Assembly (NCBI GenBank): GCA_965216325.1
Contig: OZ244160.1
Location: 1,952,001-2,016,000 of the forward strand
Reading direction: 5' to 3'
Source: Coraliomargarita sp.
GTDB lineage: Bacteria > Verrucomicrobiota > Verrucomicrobiia > Opitutales > Coraliomargaritaceae
Length of the DNA stretch: 64,000 nucleotides
Shown here: positions 11,386 through 21,865 of the stretch, in pieces
How positions within the stretch are numbered: the stretch's first letter is position 1
Layout: each line of letters opens with the position of its first letter
Program-made: the position numbers and the translations under genes
Notes under the pieces: model-generated
Database searches by the model: none
The model's input: the letters and a program-made list of their open reading frames with translations, nothing else
Told to the model about the DNA's origin: nothing

Positions 11386-12849
11386 ATGAAAGCACATTTC
11401 TTACCTCTCTCCTTTCTTCTGGGCGCAACCGTGGTGAGTGCCCAGCCAGCGATCACGGTCTATAACGGCAACTTTGGTGTTGTGCGCGACTCGGTTCCTT
11501 TGAGCCTCTCCGGAGGGCTGAACGATGTCAGCTACAGTGGTGTGACTGCGCAACTTGAACCGGAGTCTGTGGTGCTGCGGGACCCCTCGGGCGAAGTTGC
11601 GCTGAGTGTGGTTGAGCAAAGTTATCGGGGCGATCCGGTCGATCAGATGCGTCTGTTGCAGATTTTCGAGGGCAGAGTGATCAACTTTCTGAAAGTCATC
11701 GACGATCGTGAAGTGATTACCGCCGGAACCATCATCCGTGCACCCTCGCTGGTGATGGCCCGGAACCAATACGGCAATGAATATCAGAAAACCTTGGAGC
11801 CAATTATTGAGGTGGACGGCCAATTACGCACCAGTCTACCGGGCCAACCGCTGTTCCCGAGCTTGGGTGATGATTCCGTGCTCTTGCCGACCTTGTCATG
11901 GAAGCTGCATTCTAGTGCCAACACGACTTTGGACGCTCAGTTGAGCTACCTGACCAATGGCATGAATTGGAAGGCTGACTACAATCTGGTGCTACCGGAG
12001 AAGGGCGATGAGTTGACCCTGACTGGCTGGGTCTCAATCGAGAACAATACCGGCAAGACCTTTGAAGAGGCGAAGATTAAGCTGGTCGCCGGCGATGTGA
12101 ATAAGGTGCAGGAGCAACCGCAGCTTTATAAAGGGCGGGCAGTGGCTATGGAGATGGCTGATCCCTTTGGGGCTGCACCTGCCGTAGAAGAGAAGAAGTT
12201 CGATGAGTTCCATATGTATACCTTGCCGCTGCCGACCACGCTGCGTGATCGTGAGACCAAGCAGGTCGAGTTCGTGCGTGCTGAGAGCGTCCAATCCCAA
12301 AAGCTCTATGTATATGACGGGGCAAGTTTGCCCAGAAATTGGCGCAGCTATGGCGGGGTCAATCAAAACCAGAATTACGGTCAAAATGCCAAGCCCGACG
12401 TGGCGATTTATCGCGAGTTCCAAAACTCCGAAGACAATGGTCTTGCCGTGCCGCTGCCAGCAGGGCGCACGCGCTTCTACCGAATGGATGAGGATGGGCA
12501 GCTTGAATTTACTGGTGAGAATACCATCGATCATACGCCGAAGAATGAGATGATTCGCGTGTATTTGGGCAATGCCTTTGATCTGGTCGGGGAGCGCACC
12601 CGGACCAATTTCACCAAGCACCCTAGCCGTGATCAGATGTCGGAAACCTTTGAAATCGAAGTGCGCAACCGCAGTGAGGAAACCGTTACGGTGCAAGTGG
12701 TCGAGCATCTCTACCGCTGGATGAACTGGGTCGTTATGGAAACTAGTCAGAAATTCGAGAAGACTGATGCGCAGACCGTCGAATTTCCGGTCACACTGAA
12801 GCCGGATGAAACCAAGACGGTTTCCTATACGGTTCAGTATACCTGGTAG
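11386..12849 (+). CDS. Exported DUF4139-family protein
   Basis: Signal peptide; [51 protein letters not shown]. Confidence 0.8.
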   Translation: MKAHFLPLSFLLGATVVSAQPAITVYNGNFGVVRDSVPLSLSGGLNDVSYSGVTAQLEPESVVLRDPSGEVALSVVEQSYRGDPVDQMRLLQIFEGRVINFLKVIDDREVITAGTIIRAPSLVMARNQYGNEYQKTLEPIIEVDGQLRTSLPGQPLFPSLGDDSVLLPTLSWKLHSSANTTLDAQLSYLTNGMNWKADYNLVLPEKGDELTLTGWVSIENNTGKTFEEAKIKLVAGDVNKVQEQPQLYKGRAVAMEMADPFGAAPAVEEKKFDEFHMYTLPLPTTLRDRETKQVEFVRAESVQSQKLYVYDGASLPRNWRSYGGVNQNQNYGQNAKPDVAIYREFQNSEDNGLAVPLPAGRTRFYRMDEDGQLEFTGENTIDHTPKNEMIRVYLGNAFDLVGERTRTNFTKHPSRDQMSETFEIEVRNRSEETVTVQVVEHLYRWMNWVVMETSQKFEKTDAQTVEFPVTLKPDETKTVSYTVQYTW

Positions 12850-12863
12850 GGCGTATGTTAGAA

Positions 12864-12992
12864 GTAGGGCAGCCTCGCCGAGGCTGCCGTTCGTGAGAGC
12901 TTAAGGTAGCGCAGGCGCGTCTCGCGCCGCAGGAAGGGAGGACCGGTTTAGGACAACGACGTGGTGCGCACCGAGGACGGTGCTGCGCTACC
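12864..12992. repeat. REP cluster: a single GGCAGCCTCGCCGAGGCTGCC unit plus a family C (GGTAGCGCAG) inverted pair
   Basis: Arm 12905-12934 is identical to 63947-63976; first unit matches 57339-57364. Confidence 0.85.
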
Positions 12993-13058
12993 CTCAAGAT
13001 CTTCGACCTCCCTCCATCTTCGCTTTGACTTTGCCATCGCGCGGCGCACGTTGACGCG

Positions 13059-15896
13059 ATGGCAGATTTCAAAGTAGGACAGCGCTGGATTAGTGAGACC
13101 GAACCCGAGCTTGGGCTCGGGATTCTCGAGTCGGTGGAGCGCTTGCAGATTCGTTTAGTGTTTCCGGCGTCCAGTGAGGCGCGGATTTACTCAACCAGTA
13201 ATGCGCCGATCAAGCGTGTGGAGTTTCGGGTGGGCGATGCGGTGGCCTCGCATGGCGGGGCATCGATCACGGTCGAAGAAGTGCGTGTCGACGAAGGGTT
13301 TATTACTTATGTGGGCGGCGGCGTTGAGATCCCGGAAGCCGAGCTCGCGGATACGATCAGTTTCAGTAAGCCCGAAGACCGTTTGATTAACGGTCAGGTG
13401 GATCAATCCGCCGCCTTCGAGCTTCGCCATGAAACGCTGCAGCGCCTAAGTGTGGCGCGTAAATCGCCGGTTGCTGGTTTCGCGGGCGGACGCATCGATC
13501 TGATTCCCCACCAGCTTTACATCGCCTCCGAGGTGGCTAACCGCTATCTGCCACGTGTCTTGTTGGCCGACGAGGTTGGACTTGGTAAAACGATCGAGGC
13601 CTGTTTGATTTTGCACCGCCTGCACCTGACGGGCCGTGCGGGCCGTGTCTTGATTGTGCTGCCGGAGAGTCTGGTGCACCAGTGGTTCGTCGAGCTGCTG
13701 CGCCGCTTTAATCTCTGGTTCACTTTGTTTGATGCCGAGCGTTGCGAAGCGATCACGTCTGCGGATCCAGATGCGAATCCTTTCTTAGAAGAGCAGCTGG
13801 TGATCTGCGGGATCAACACCTTGGTCGAGAACGAGCGTTGGGCGCAGTGTGCCATCGAGGCCAAGTGGGACATGCTCGTGGTCGACGAGGCGCACCACCT
13901 TGCCTGGAGTCCGGAGGCAGTTAGTCCGGAATATGCCTTGGTCGAAGCGTTGACGAAGCAGAGTCATGGTTTGTTGCTGCTGACGGCGACGCCGGAGCAA
14001 CTAGGTGCCGAGGGGCACTTTGCGCGTCTTCGTCTGCTGGATCCGGATCGCTATCCTGACCTTGAACAGTTTAAGCAAGAGCAGACGGATTATTCCGGAG
14101 TCGCGAAGCTAGCCGACAAGCTGAGTGTCGGTGTGGCCTTGGATGAGGAAGAGTTCCAATATCTCGACGATGTTTTCGCCGAATACAATGCCGACGAATT
14201 GCGCGCGCGCATGGACGACCCGAAGGCGCTGTTGCACGAGTTGGTCGACCGCCATGGCACCGGGCGTGTGATTTTCCGTAATACCCGTGAGGCCTTGAAG
14301 GGTTTTCCTGTGCGTAAAGCGAAGCCGGTTCAGCTGGCCCCGCGTGAGACTTTGTCAGAGGATGAACTACAGGCGCGTCTGCTTAAAGAGTTCGACTTTG
14401 ATGCGAGTGCATCGGACGAGCCCGAAAGCTTTGATTTCAAGCACGGTCCGCGCATCAAGTGGCTTGCGGAGTTGCTGCGTGAACTGGGCGACGAGAAGGT
14501 GTTGCTGATTAGCCGCAGCAAAGAAAAGGTGCAGGCAATCTACGATGCCTTGATGGATGAGATCAATGTGAAGGCGGCCGTCTTCCATGAGGATCTCACG
14601 CTGCTGCAGCGCGACCGCAATGCCGCGTGGTTTGCCGATCCGGAAGGCGCGCGCATCCTGCTCTGCTCGGAGATCGGTAGTGAGGGACGCAACTTCCAGT
14701 TTGCCCACCACATGGTGCTGTTTGATCTGCCGTTGAATCCGGAATTGCTGGAGCAACGCATCGGTCGTCTCGACCGCATTGGTCAGACTGAGACCATTCG
14801 TATTCACCTACCATATCTGCAGAACAGCTGCACCGAACTACTTGTGCGCTGGCACCACGAGGGGCTTACCAATGTCGAGAACTCACTCAAGGGTGGAAAT
14901 GCCTACCTTGCGCAGTTCGGTGACCGCATTCGCGAGCTTGGCCCAGTCTATCATCAAGGGGATGCCGCGGTTCAGGAGGCGACCGATGCGCTCATTGAGG
15001 AGAGTTGTGCCTTTCGTGAGCAGCTGGAGGCGAGCTTGTCGCAAGGTCAGGATAAGTTGATTGCACTGAATTCATTCCGCGAAGAGGAGTCTCGTGAGTT
15101 GGTGGATCGTATCCGTGATTTGGATACGTCGCGCACCTTGGATGACTTTATGAACCGTATCTTCGATCACTACGGCGTGAACGTGGATGATATCGATGAA
15201 CGTAGCTTTCGTTTGTCGCCGGGGCAGTTGTTTACGGACTCCTTTCCTGGGCTACCGGATGAGGGCACCACGATTACGTTCGACCGCGAGAAAGCACTGG
15301 GGCGTGAAGACGTGGGCTTCCTGACTTGGGACCACCCGATGGTGCGTGGTTCGATCGATCTGATGCTGAGTTCCGAGCAGGGCAATAGTGCGATGGTCAT
15401 CTGGACGGATCCGAAGGTGGATGCTGCGCCGATCATGATCGAAGCGATCTTTGTGTTGGAAAGTGTCGCACCCGCACGCTTGCATGTTGACCGCTTCCTG
15501 CCGCCAACACCCGTGCGTGTATTGGTCGATATGAGTCAACAGGATTGTTCAGAGGATTACGATCAGCTCTTCATTAGTGCGAACACACGCGACGAAGAAG
15601 CTTTCCGCCTAAAGCAGAATCCACAGCTCTTGCAGGCACTTGTGCCGGAAATGCTCAAGTCGGCGCGCACCTTTGCACGCGAGCAGAAGTCGACTCTACT
15701 CGAAGCAGCCATGAAGGATGCCCACGCGAAGTTAGACGGCGAAGCCACCCGTTTGCGTGAACTGAGCAAAGTCAATCCGAACGTGAGCGACGAAGAAATT
15801 CGCATCGCGGAAAAGGTGATCGCCGATGTGACCAAGCATATTGCCAAGGCGCACCTGCGTCTCGATGCCGTGCGTCTGATTTTGCGGGGGATGTAG
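13059..15896 (+). CDS. rapA: RNA polymerase-associated SNF2-family ATPase RapA (HepA)
   Basis: GQRWISETEPELGLG N-terminus, LADEVGLGKT, DEAHH, LTATPEQLG, CSEIGSEGRNFQFA, LEQRIGRLDRIGQ. Confidence 0.95.
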   Translation: MADFKVGQRWISETEPELGLGILESVERLQIRLVFPASSEARIYSTSNAPIKRVEFRVGDAVASHGGASITVEEVRVDEGFITYVGGGVEIPEAELADTISFSKPEDRLINGQVDQSAAFELRHETLQRLSVARKSPVAGFAGGRIDLIPHQLYIASEVANRYLPRVLLADEVGLGKTIEACLILHRLHLTGRAGRVLIVLPESLVHQWFVELLRRFNLWFTLFDAERCEAITSADPDANPFLEEQLVICGINTLVENERWAQCAIEAKWDMLVVDEAHHLAWSPEAVSPEYALVEALTKQSHGLLLLTATPEQLGAEGHFARLRLLDPDRYPDLEQFKQEQTDYSGVAKLADKLSVGVALDEEEFQYLDDVFAEYNADELRARMDDPKALLHELVDRHGTGRVIFRNTREALKGFPVRKAKPVQLAPRETLSEDELQARLLKEFDFDASASDEPESFDFKHGPRIKWLAELLRELGDEKVLLISRSKEKVQAIYDALMDEINVKAAVFHEDLTLLQRDRNAAWFADPEGARILLCSEIGSEGRNFQFAHHMVLFDLPLNPELLEQRIGRLDRIGQTETIRIHLPYLQNSCTELLVRWHHEGLTNVENSLKGGNAYLAQFGDRIRELGPVYHQGDAAVQEATDALIEESCAFREQLEASLSQGQDKLIALNSFREEESRELVDRIRDLDTSRTLDDFMNRIFDHYGVNVDDIDERSFRLSPGQLFTDSFPGLPDEGTTITFDREKALGREDVGFLTWDHPMVRGSIDLMLSSEQGNSAMVIWTDPKVDAAPIMIEAIFVLESVAPARLHVDRFLPPTPVRVLVDMSQQDCSEDYDQLFISANTRDEEAFRLKQNPQLLQALVPEMLKSARTFAREQKSTLLEAAMKDAHAKLDGEATRLRELSKVNPNVSDEEIRIAEKVIADVTKHIAKAHLRLDAVRLILRGM

Positions 15897-15958
15897 CGCG
15901 CCGCTTTAGCAAGCGCTCTTTGCGTATGAGGAGCGTTTGCTGAAGCTACACGCTACAT
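15891..15958. repeat. Inverted GTAG-REP pair (family D) whose GTAG supplies the rapA TAG stop
   Basis: ATGTAGCGCGCCGCTTTAGCAAGCGCTC ... GAGCGTTTGCTGAAGCTACACGCTACAT; relative at 43998-44020. Confidence 0.8.
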
Positions 15959-16049
15959 CAGTCGTAGTTGTTGGGCTCTGTCCCTCAATGCGGGCCACGG
16001 TTGGATGGGGTGTTTAGCATGAAGGAAGGATCCACCGATGCCGTTGCTT

Positions 16050-16715
16050 TCAGCCAATGTCTGCACCCTTTACCGTTCGTATCCACTGCGTCCCACGTTG
16101 CTTGCGGAGTGCTCCCGGTTTGCGTTGTGGGCTCCCGAATTGCTCATTCTGCATTTCTGGGTACTCGATGAAGATGGCTCCCAGGAGGCGTTCTTGCTGT
16201 GGGATTTTGAGGTAGTCAAATAGCTCGGGTGTGCGGAGGCAGCCTCCGCTGGACCAGTAGTTGCCCATGCCGTGTGCGGTCAGCATGAGAAGGAAGTTTT
16301 GGGTCATCGCTGAGGCGGCCGCGATGTGCTCTTCGTTGCGAATGCGGACTTTATCGGTGGCGTTCCCATCGCTTGGCTCGGGTATCCAATTGATCAGCAC
16401 CAGTGCGCTGCAGCCAGCGGTGAGCAGGGGCTCTTTGCTGGACAGCTTGAGCTCGTGGGTCAGGTAGTCGGCGAGTTTGCGGGTTTCCTGATTCCACAGG
16501 ATGTGTGCACGCCAGGGTTCGGCGATAGCTTTGTCTCTGCAGGGATAGTGGAAGGGCGCCCAACCTGCAGTGTGCAGTGCGGCTTCAACGAGGGGTTTGT
16601 TGGCGGCTTCGACCTCTGCGGGCACAGGTGGGCGTTCGCTGAGTGGGATGAGCACTTTCTCAGTGATACGTGTGCGGATAATCTGATCGAGGACTTCTGC
16701 GGATTTGTTAGGCAT
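16050..16715 (-). CDS. Nitroreductase-family protein
   Basis: IRTRITEK, AGWAPFH..EPWR, QNFLLMLTAHGMGNYWSSG; the upstream ORF extension is repeat-derived. Confidence 0.8.
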   Translation of the reverse strand: MPNKSAEVLDQIIRTRITEKVLIPLSERPPVPAEVEAANKPLVEAALHTAGWAPFHYPCRDKAIAEPWRAHILWNQETRKLADYLTHELKLSSKEPLLTAGCSALVLINWIPEPSDGNATDKVRIRNEEHIAAASAMTQNFLLMLTAHGMGNYWSSGGCLRTPELFDYLKIPQQERLLGAIFIEYPEMQNEQFGSPQRKPGALRKQRGTQWIRTVKGADIG

Positions 16716-16790
16716 CGGCGCAGTCTCGGTGCTGTTGCTTGAAAAGCAAGTTTGGAGGGGTGTCTCTGCTCGGATGCCTTTGCTCTGGGC

Positions 16791-16935
16791 GGGCGTCGCC
16801 CCTCGGCAAGCTCGGGGCCTTGAGCTTGTCGAAGCGGCACGCAACGCCCCTATGGTGTCCTTTGGGTCGGGCGTGTTATCCTTAACGCGCCGTCTGGGCC
16901 AACGGTGCGGTTCGATAGGGATATCGAACCCTACC
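16791..16935. repeat. Family B REP arm carrying a 39-nt insert, followed by a family A REP pair (16864-16935)
   Basis: GGGCGTCGC[CCCTCGGCAAGCTCGGGGCCTTGAGCTTGTCGAAGCGGC]ACGCAACGCCCCTAT. Confidence 0.8.
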
Positions 16936-16954
16936 TTGATGGGCTAAAGGCGCT

Positions 16955-17608
16955 CTAGTTCGCGGTGCGCGCGCGGGCCTGTAAGGTGAAGTTGCGCTTG
17001 CGGAAGTCGCCGGGGCTCAGGGACTCGCTTTCTTTGAAGCGGCGGTTGAATTGGGAGAGCGATTGATAGCCGCTCTCATAGGCGATCTCAGTGATCGAGA
17101 GCTCACTCTTGCTCAGCAGTTCGCGGGCAGTCGAGAGGCGGGCTTGATTCAAGTATTGTGAAAAGCTCACGCCGAGGGATTCGTGGAAGAGTCTGGAGAG
17201 GCGCTCGCGACTCAAACCTACGGCTGTAGCCACATCGCCCAGCGCAAGTGGCTCGCGGTGGCGCTGTTGCACATAGCGCGCCGCTGCGGCGATTTTTGCC
17301 GGCACGGCATCTACGTGCTGTTCTTGGGGAGCACTGAGGTCTTCAGCGAAAATACGTGCTGCCATCTCCAGCCAGCGTTGGTAGGCCTCGTTCCGACCGG
17401 GGTGCGTGCTGGGCTGAAAGCCCATCCAGCCGAGTTTGACGCGACCTACAATCAGTTCCACACGAATCGAGTCTGAGGGGACGGGTTCACCGGCGCGCCG
17501 AAACCACAGGCTCTTGCGGAACAGGATACGCACATCTGCCGCCAGCCGGTCGAATTGACCGCTTCGGTGAAGTCGCTCGATGAGCATGGCTTTGGCGAGG
17601 CGTGGCAT
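16955..17608 (-). CDS. AraC/XylS-family transcriptional regulator
   Basis: C-terminal double HTH (LSRERLSRLF; SITEIAYESGYQSLSQFNRRFK..SPGDFR); start uncertain. Confidence 0.9.
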   Translation of the reverse strand: MPRLAKAMLIERLHRSGQFDRLAADVRILFRKSLWFRRAGEPVPSDSIRVELIVGRVKLGWMGFQPSTHPGRNEAYQRWLEMAARIFAEDLSAPQEQHVDAVPAKIAAAARYVQQRHREPLALGDVATAVGLSRERLSRLFHESLGVSFSQYLNQARLSTARELLSKSELSITEIAYESGYQSLSQFNRRFKESESLSPGDFRKRNFTLQARARTAN

Positions 17609-17724
17609 GATGAAAAAACACAGTTGGCAGGAATTGATGTCAATAAATGCGCAACAATAGCAATAGGTGCGGAGCAATCCGTTTAGTTTTTCTGATATTA
17701 TGCAACCTCAATATTAGCAATACT

Positions 17725-19647
17725 ATGACTACAACAATAGACACACCTACATTCAGCCACCCTCTGATTAACTATGAATTGCCCGAAACTGTGGAGCGCG
17801 TGCTTGCTGCAGCGCCTTCAGTGATTGTGCCGCAGTCGATCGAGGAGATCAGCGCACTGGCGATTCGCGATAAGGATGAGCGCGGTTGGCACGAGGTTGC
17901 CTACGACGTGCCGGGCAAGGGCAAAGTCGTTGAAGCACGCGTTTGTAAGGTGAAGAATGGCATCGCAGCGAATTATGAGGAGGCCTACATGCGCCGTCGT
18001 GACCCCGACTGCATGGTGATTGGTGATTCGGGTGCGACCGATAAGCCAACTTATGAGGGGCGCTTTGGTGAGTCCTTTGATCCACTTCGTGAAGAATCGC
18101 TCGAGTGGTTGTCGAAGCAAGAGCTTGCAGTGTTCCCATTCAGTGCCGGTCTGCCTGGCAAGGGCATGGATGCCTTTGTGGTGGCTCCAGCCAATGCGGG
18201 TTTCTTCGCGCTTGGTCTGGCTTTGCTGCAAGGCATGATGCTTCCGGGCGATGTGCCGGAAGGGTTCTCTCCGAAGGCGGTGATCTATGTGATGCCTCCG
18301 TATCGCCACACTCATTTCGACGGCAAGCAAGTCGTGGTGCACAATCGTCTCGAAGGCATGCACGAGCTCTTCAGCTACAACCTTTACCCGGGCCCAAGTG
18401 CGAAGAAGGGTATCTACGGTGTGTTGCTGACACTCGGTGAGAAGGAAAACTGGATCACTATGCACTGCTCGACTGCAGAAGTCGTGACTCCATACGACGC
18501 CAAGATCGTGATTTCGCACGAAGGTGCATCCGGTGGTGGTAAGAGTGAAATGCTCGAGCAGCCACACCGTCAGGTCGACGGATCCCTGCTGCTCGGTAAG
18601 AACCTCGTGACTGGCAGCAGCCGCACGCTGAGCTTACCGCAGACCTGCAGCATCAATCCGGTTACCGACGACATGGCGCTGTGCCACCCATCGCTTCGCC
18701 CGGACAACGGCAAGCTCGGTCTCGTGGATGCGGAAGACGCATGGTTCCTGCGCGTCAATCACATCGACCGCTACGGAATCGACCCGCATTTGGAGGCGCT
18801 CACAGTCACTCCGAAGGAAGATCTCTTGTTCCTCAACATTGATGCGCAACCGGACAGCACCGCCTTGATCTGGGAGCACATCGAGGATGAGCCGGGCAGC
18901 CCGTGCCCGAATCCACGTGTGGTGGCTCCACGCGCTTCGATGCCAGGCATCGTTGACGGTGCAGTGGACGTTGATATCCGCAGCTTCGGTGTGCGTTGCC
19001 CATCTTGCACGGCTGACAACCCAACTTATGGTATCATGGGTATGTTCCACGTCTTGCCACCAGCGTTGGCATGGCTCTGGCGCCTAGTTGCTCCACGTGG
19101 CCACGCCAACCCAAGTATCGTGGATACGGAAGGCATGTCTTCGGAAGGTGTTGGTAGCTACTGGCCGTTCGCGACAGGTCGCCGTGTCGACCAAGCCAAC
19201 TTGATCCTCGACCAAATCGTCGATACACCGGCTGTGGATTACATCCTCGTTCCAAACCAGCACATCGGTTCTTGGGAAGTTGGTTTCATGCCGCAGTGGA
19301 TCACGCGTGAGTATCTGGCACGCCGTAATGGTGCGAAGTTTACCAATGAGCAAGTGCAGGACTGCCGTAGCGCGCTGCTCGGTTGGGCTCCAAATTCGAT
19401 CATGGTGGAAGGTCGCCAAATCGGTTCACGCTTCTTCCACGTAGATCGCCAGCCTGAGGTGGGCGAAGTGGCCTACGACAAGGGTGCTGAAATTCTGCGT
19501 GAGTTCTTCCTTAAGGAACTGGCCAACTTCGATTCTCCGGATCTGCGCCCACTGGGTAAGGAGATCATCCAGTGCTGCATCGACGGTGGTTCGGTTGCTG
19601 ACTACGACAAGTTGCTCGGCAACGGCACCCTGAAGGCTGCGAAGTAA
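17725..19647 (+). CDS. DUF4914-family protein with PEP-carboxykinase-like motifs
   Basis: YMRRRDPDCM, YNLYPGPSAKKG, MHCS, HEGASGGGKSEM P-loop, TDDMA, SEGVGSYWPF. Confidence 0.8.
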   Translation: MTTTIDTPTFSHPLINYELPETVERVLAAAPSVIVPQSIEEISALAIRDKDERGWHEVAYDVPGKGKVVEARVCKVKNGIAANYEEAYMRRRDPDCMVIGDSGATDKPTYEGRFGESFDPLREESLEWLSKQELAVFPFSAGLPGKGMDAFVVAPANAGFFALGLALLQGMMLPGDVPEGFSPKAVIYVMPPYRHTHFDGKQVVVHNRLEGMHELFSYNLYPGPSAKKGIYGVLLTLGEKENWITMHCSTAEVVTPYDAKIVISHEGASGGGKSEMLEQPHRQVDGSLLLGKNLVTGSSRTLSLPQTCSINPVTDDMALCHPSLRPDNGKLGLVDAEDAWFLRVNHIDRYGIDPHLEALTVTPKEDLLFLNIDAQPDSTALIWEHIEDEPGSPCPNPRVVAPRASMPGIVDGAVDVDIRSFGVRCPSCTADNPTYGIMGMFHVLPPALAWLWRLVAPRGHANPSIVDTEGMSSEGVGSYWPFATGRRVDQANLILDQIVDTPAVDYILVPNQHIGSWEVGFMPQWITREYLARRNGAKFTNEQVQDCRSALLGWAPNSIMVEGRQIGSRFFHVDRQPEVGEVAYDKGAEILREFFLKELANFDSPDLRPLGKEIIQCCIDGGSVADYDKLLGNGTLKAAK

Positions 19648-19672
19648 ACAGCTTAGAGTTGATTGAACTCAC

Positions 19673-19705
19673 AGCCCTGCGTTCGTCATGAGCGCGGGGC
19701 TTTTT
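19673..19705 (+). terminator. Intrinsic terminator after the DUF4914 gene
   Basis: AGCCCTGCGTTC/GAGCGCGGGGCT stem plus T-run. Confidence 0.8.
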
Positions 19706-19767
19706 ATGGGTATGGGGCTAAGGCGACCGTGAACCTTAGGTTTGGTGAGGGACGAGGCTCTGTTTTT

Positions 19768-19921
19768 TAAACCGTTAATTTACGTCAATTAGCGTTAATT
19801 CTATTATACGTGAACCGACTATGACGTGCTTCTGTCTGGAATCGAGTGTCCGCCGATAGAGCAGTCTCATCTACTCAGATGCATTGGAAATTAACGTAAA
19901 TTGACGTTAATTAACGGTTTA
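19768..19921. repeat. AT-rich inverted decamer-array element
   Basis: TAAACCGTTAATTTACGTCAATTAGCGTTAATT and its inverse at 19889-19921 (3 mismatches in 33 bp), 88-nt spacer. Confidence 0.85.
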
Positions 19922-19949
19922 TCTCACTGTATTAGAGTGAACTCCGTGA

Positions 19950-20438
19950 TTACGAATCCTTTTGAGGACCCTTCTGACTGTCGATCAGTACGTAGCTGGA
20001 GTCAAAATTCAGGGTGCGCTTCTCGGTGGTGATCGCGAGTTTGATGTCTTTATCGCTTAGGGGGCCGATTTTGCAGACGATCAAATTAGGCTTTTTGCCC
20101 TCTTTGTTGCTGTAGGCCTTGCCACGCAGGGTGCCGCCTTCTTCGCCGATCTGGTCGAGCGGAATGTCGATTGGCAGCACGATGCGCCCAGTGTCGTTGT
20201 TGGACTTACTGAGCGGCACATTGATGCTATAGTCGCCAACGAGTTGGCCGTCTTCTTGCACCAGTTCACTGACTGAAAGCTTGACCGCAGCGATACCGAC
20301 ATAGGACTTGGAATCCTCAATTTTAAAGGACAAGTCGACGGTGTCTTCGGGTTCGAGCTCTTGCACCTCTGTGGCAAATGCACTCACAGAGATGAATGCT
20401 AGAAGTGCCAAAAGACGGAGATAAGCTGCTTTCATCAT
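19950..20438 (-). CDS. Hypothetical exported protein
   Basis: Signal peptide (..FISVSAFA); soluble beta-rich body. Confidence 0.75.
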   Translation of the reverse strand: MMKAAYLRLLALLAFISVSAFATEVQELEPEDTVDLSFKIEDSKSYVGIAAVKLSVSELVQEDGQLVGDYSINVPLSKSNNDTGRIVLPIDIPLDQIGEEGGTLRGKAYSNKEGKKPNLIVCKIGPLSDKDIKLAITTEKRTLNFDSSYVLIDSQKGPQKDS

Positions 20439-20498
20439 AGGTATAAAACGGCGGGATTGTAACACGTCTGTCAACTGGGCGGTGTGTAAGTAATGCAG

Positions 20499-20567
20499 AC
20501 GCGGCATCTTGCCACTGTAGACCTTTTGATCAGGACTAGGATGAAGCGGCTGGAAGCGCGCTTCTAC
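20499..20567. repeat. Degenerate family E REP pair (GTAGAAGCGGC)
   Basis: GCGGCATCTTGCC ... GAAGCGGCTGGAAGCGCGCTTCTAC; matches 24545 and 53985. Confidence 0.65.
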
Positions 20568-20572
20568 TTTAT

Positions 20573-21760
20573 CTACGCCAAGATCGGTTCGGGTTTGGGC
20601 GCTGCGGGATCGGGCCGCGCGGTGGCGGCATTGACGAGTGGGTAATGGTATTCTTCGCCACTGAAGTTACGCATAATAATCGCCGTTTCCGTGATTTCCT
20701 TAATGTAATCCGGGTTGATTGGGATTTTTCCGCCCCCGCCGGGTGCATCGATTACGAACTGTGGGATGGCGTAACCTGTTGTGTGGCCACGCAGGGAACG
20801 GATGATCTCGATGCCCTCGCGCGGGTCGGCACGCAGGTGAGCGCTGCCGGTGATGAGATCGCACTGGTAAAGGTAGTAGGGGCGCACGCGCATCATCAGC
20901 AGGCGGTGAATCAAGGACTGCATGATGGCCGGATCGTTGTTCACGCCCTTGAGGAGCACCGACTGGTTGCCAATTGGGACCCCCGCAAAAGACAGGCGCT
21001 CGCAGGCGGCACGCAAGTCGTGGCTGCACTCATTCGGGTGGTTCACGTGAATGCTGAGCCAGATCGGACCGTGCTTTTTGAAAATTTCGCACAGCTCGGG
21101 TGTAATGCGCTGTGGAAGGAAGACCGGGATGCGTGAGCCGATGCGGATAAACTCGACATGCGGGATCTTGCTCAGTTCGCCGAGTAGATAGTCCAGCTTC
21201 TTGTCGGAGAGCAGGAGCGGATCGCCGCCGCTGAGCAGCACATCGCGGATCTCCGAATGCTCGCGGATATATTGTAGGCCGCTTTCGAATTCCGGGTGGA
21301 AGTTGTAATCCTGAGCGTTGGATACCAGACGGCTGCGGGTGCAGTAGCGACAGTAGGCCGCGCAACGGTCGGTCACGAGAAACAGCACGCGGTCCGGGTA
21401 GCGGTGCACAATGCCGTCCACTGGCTTGGTGTTTTCTTCGCCGACCGGATCGAGCAGCTCTTCGGGGGCGATTTCGGTCTCACCCGCGCGAGGCACGACC
21501 TGACGGCGAATCGGGTCATTCGGATCGCTCGGGTCGATCAAATTGAAAAAGTAGGGCGTGATCGCCAGCGCGAGTTTATTGTTGGCAAACAGACAGCCTG
21601 CACGCTCGTCTGGTGTGAGCTCCAGATGCTGCTCCAACTGCTCAAGCGAAGTAATGCGCTTGCGCAATTGCCAACTCCAGCTGTTCCAGTCCTTCGCGGG
21701 CACATCTGTCCAATGGCCTTGGCCCTGATGCCAGTTATCGAGTGCGTCGTTTGGATACAT
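20573..21760 (-). CDS. kamA: KamA-family radical SAM enzyme (lysine 2,3-aminomutase-like)
   Basis: HRYPDRVL, CAAYCRYC, LSGGDPL, NQSVLLKGVN, PYYLYQCD, DAPGGGGKIP (PLP lysine). Confidence 0.88.
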   Translation of the reverse strand: MYPNDALDNWHQGQGHWTDVPAKDWNSWSWQLRKRITSLEQLEQHLELTPDERAGCLFANNKLALAITPYFFNLIDPSDPNDPIRRQVVPRAGETEIAPEELLDPVGEENTKPVDGIVHRYPDRVLFLVTDRCAAYCRYCTRSRLVSNAQDYNFHPEFESGLQYIREHSEIRDVLLSGGDPLLLSDKKLDYLLGELSKIPHVEFIRIGSRIPVFLPQRITPELCEIFKKHGPIWLSIHVNHPNECSHDLRAACERLSFAGVPIGNQSVLLKGVNNDPAIMQSLIHRLLMMRVRPYYLYQCDLITGSAHLRADPREGIEIIRSLRGHTTGYAIPQFVIDAPGGGGKIPINPDYIKEITETAIIMRNFSGEEYHYPLVNAATARPDPAAPKPEPILA

Positions 21761-21835
21761 AGAAGGTGTCGTATACGAAGGTGAAAGGTATGAACGTGCG
21801 AAAGTTTTAAGACTTACGACTTGCCGTATTATTCC

Positions 21836-21859
21836 ATCGATGTATTGATATATTTCGAT
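21836..21859. promoter_or_regulatory. Candidate ArsR operator palindrome
   Basis: ATCGAnnTAT-N4-ATAnnTCGAT, 6 nt upstream of the arsR-family start and just downstream of a TTGCCG -35-like hexamer. Confidence 0.6.
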
Positions 21860-21865
21860 AAGTCA

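Noticed and set aside
13059..15896. SNF2 helicase as a phage-defence component
   Set aside because: The N-terminus and motifs are those of housekeeping RapA; no methylase or nuclease neighbours.
16716..16844. Long N-terminal extensions in the ORF track for nitroreductase, purK, trkH, the RND permease and carA
   Set aside because: They run through intergenic repeats or overlap upstream genes, and better downstream starts exist. Unlike the batD case, there is no coupling or SD support for the upstream start.
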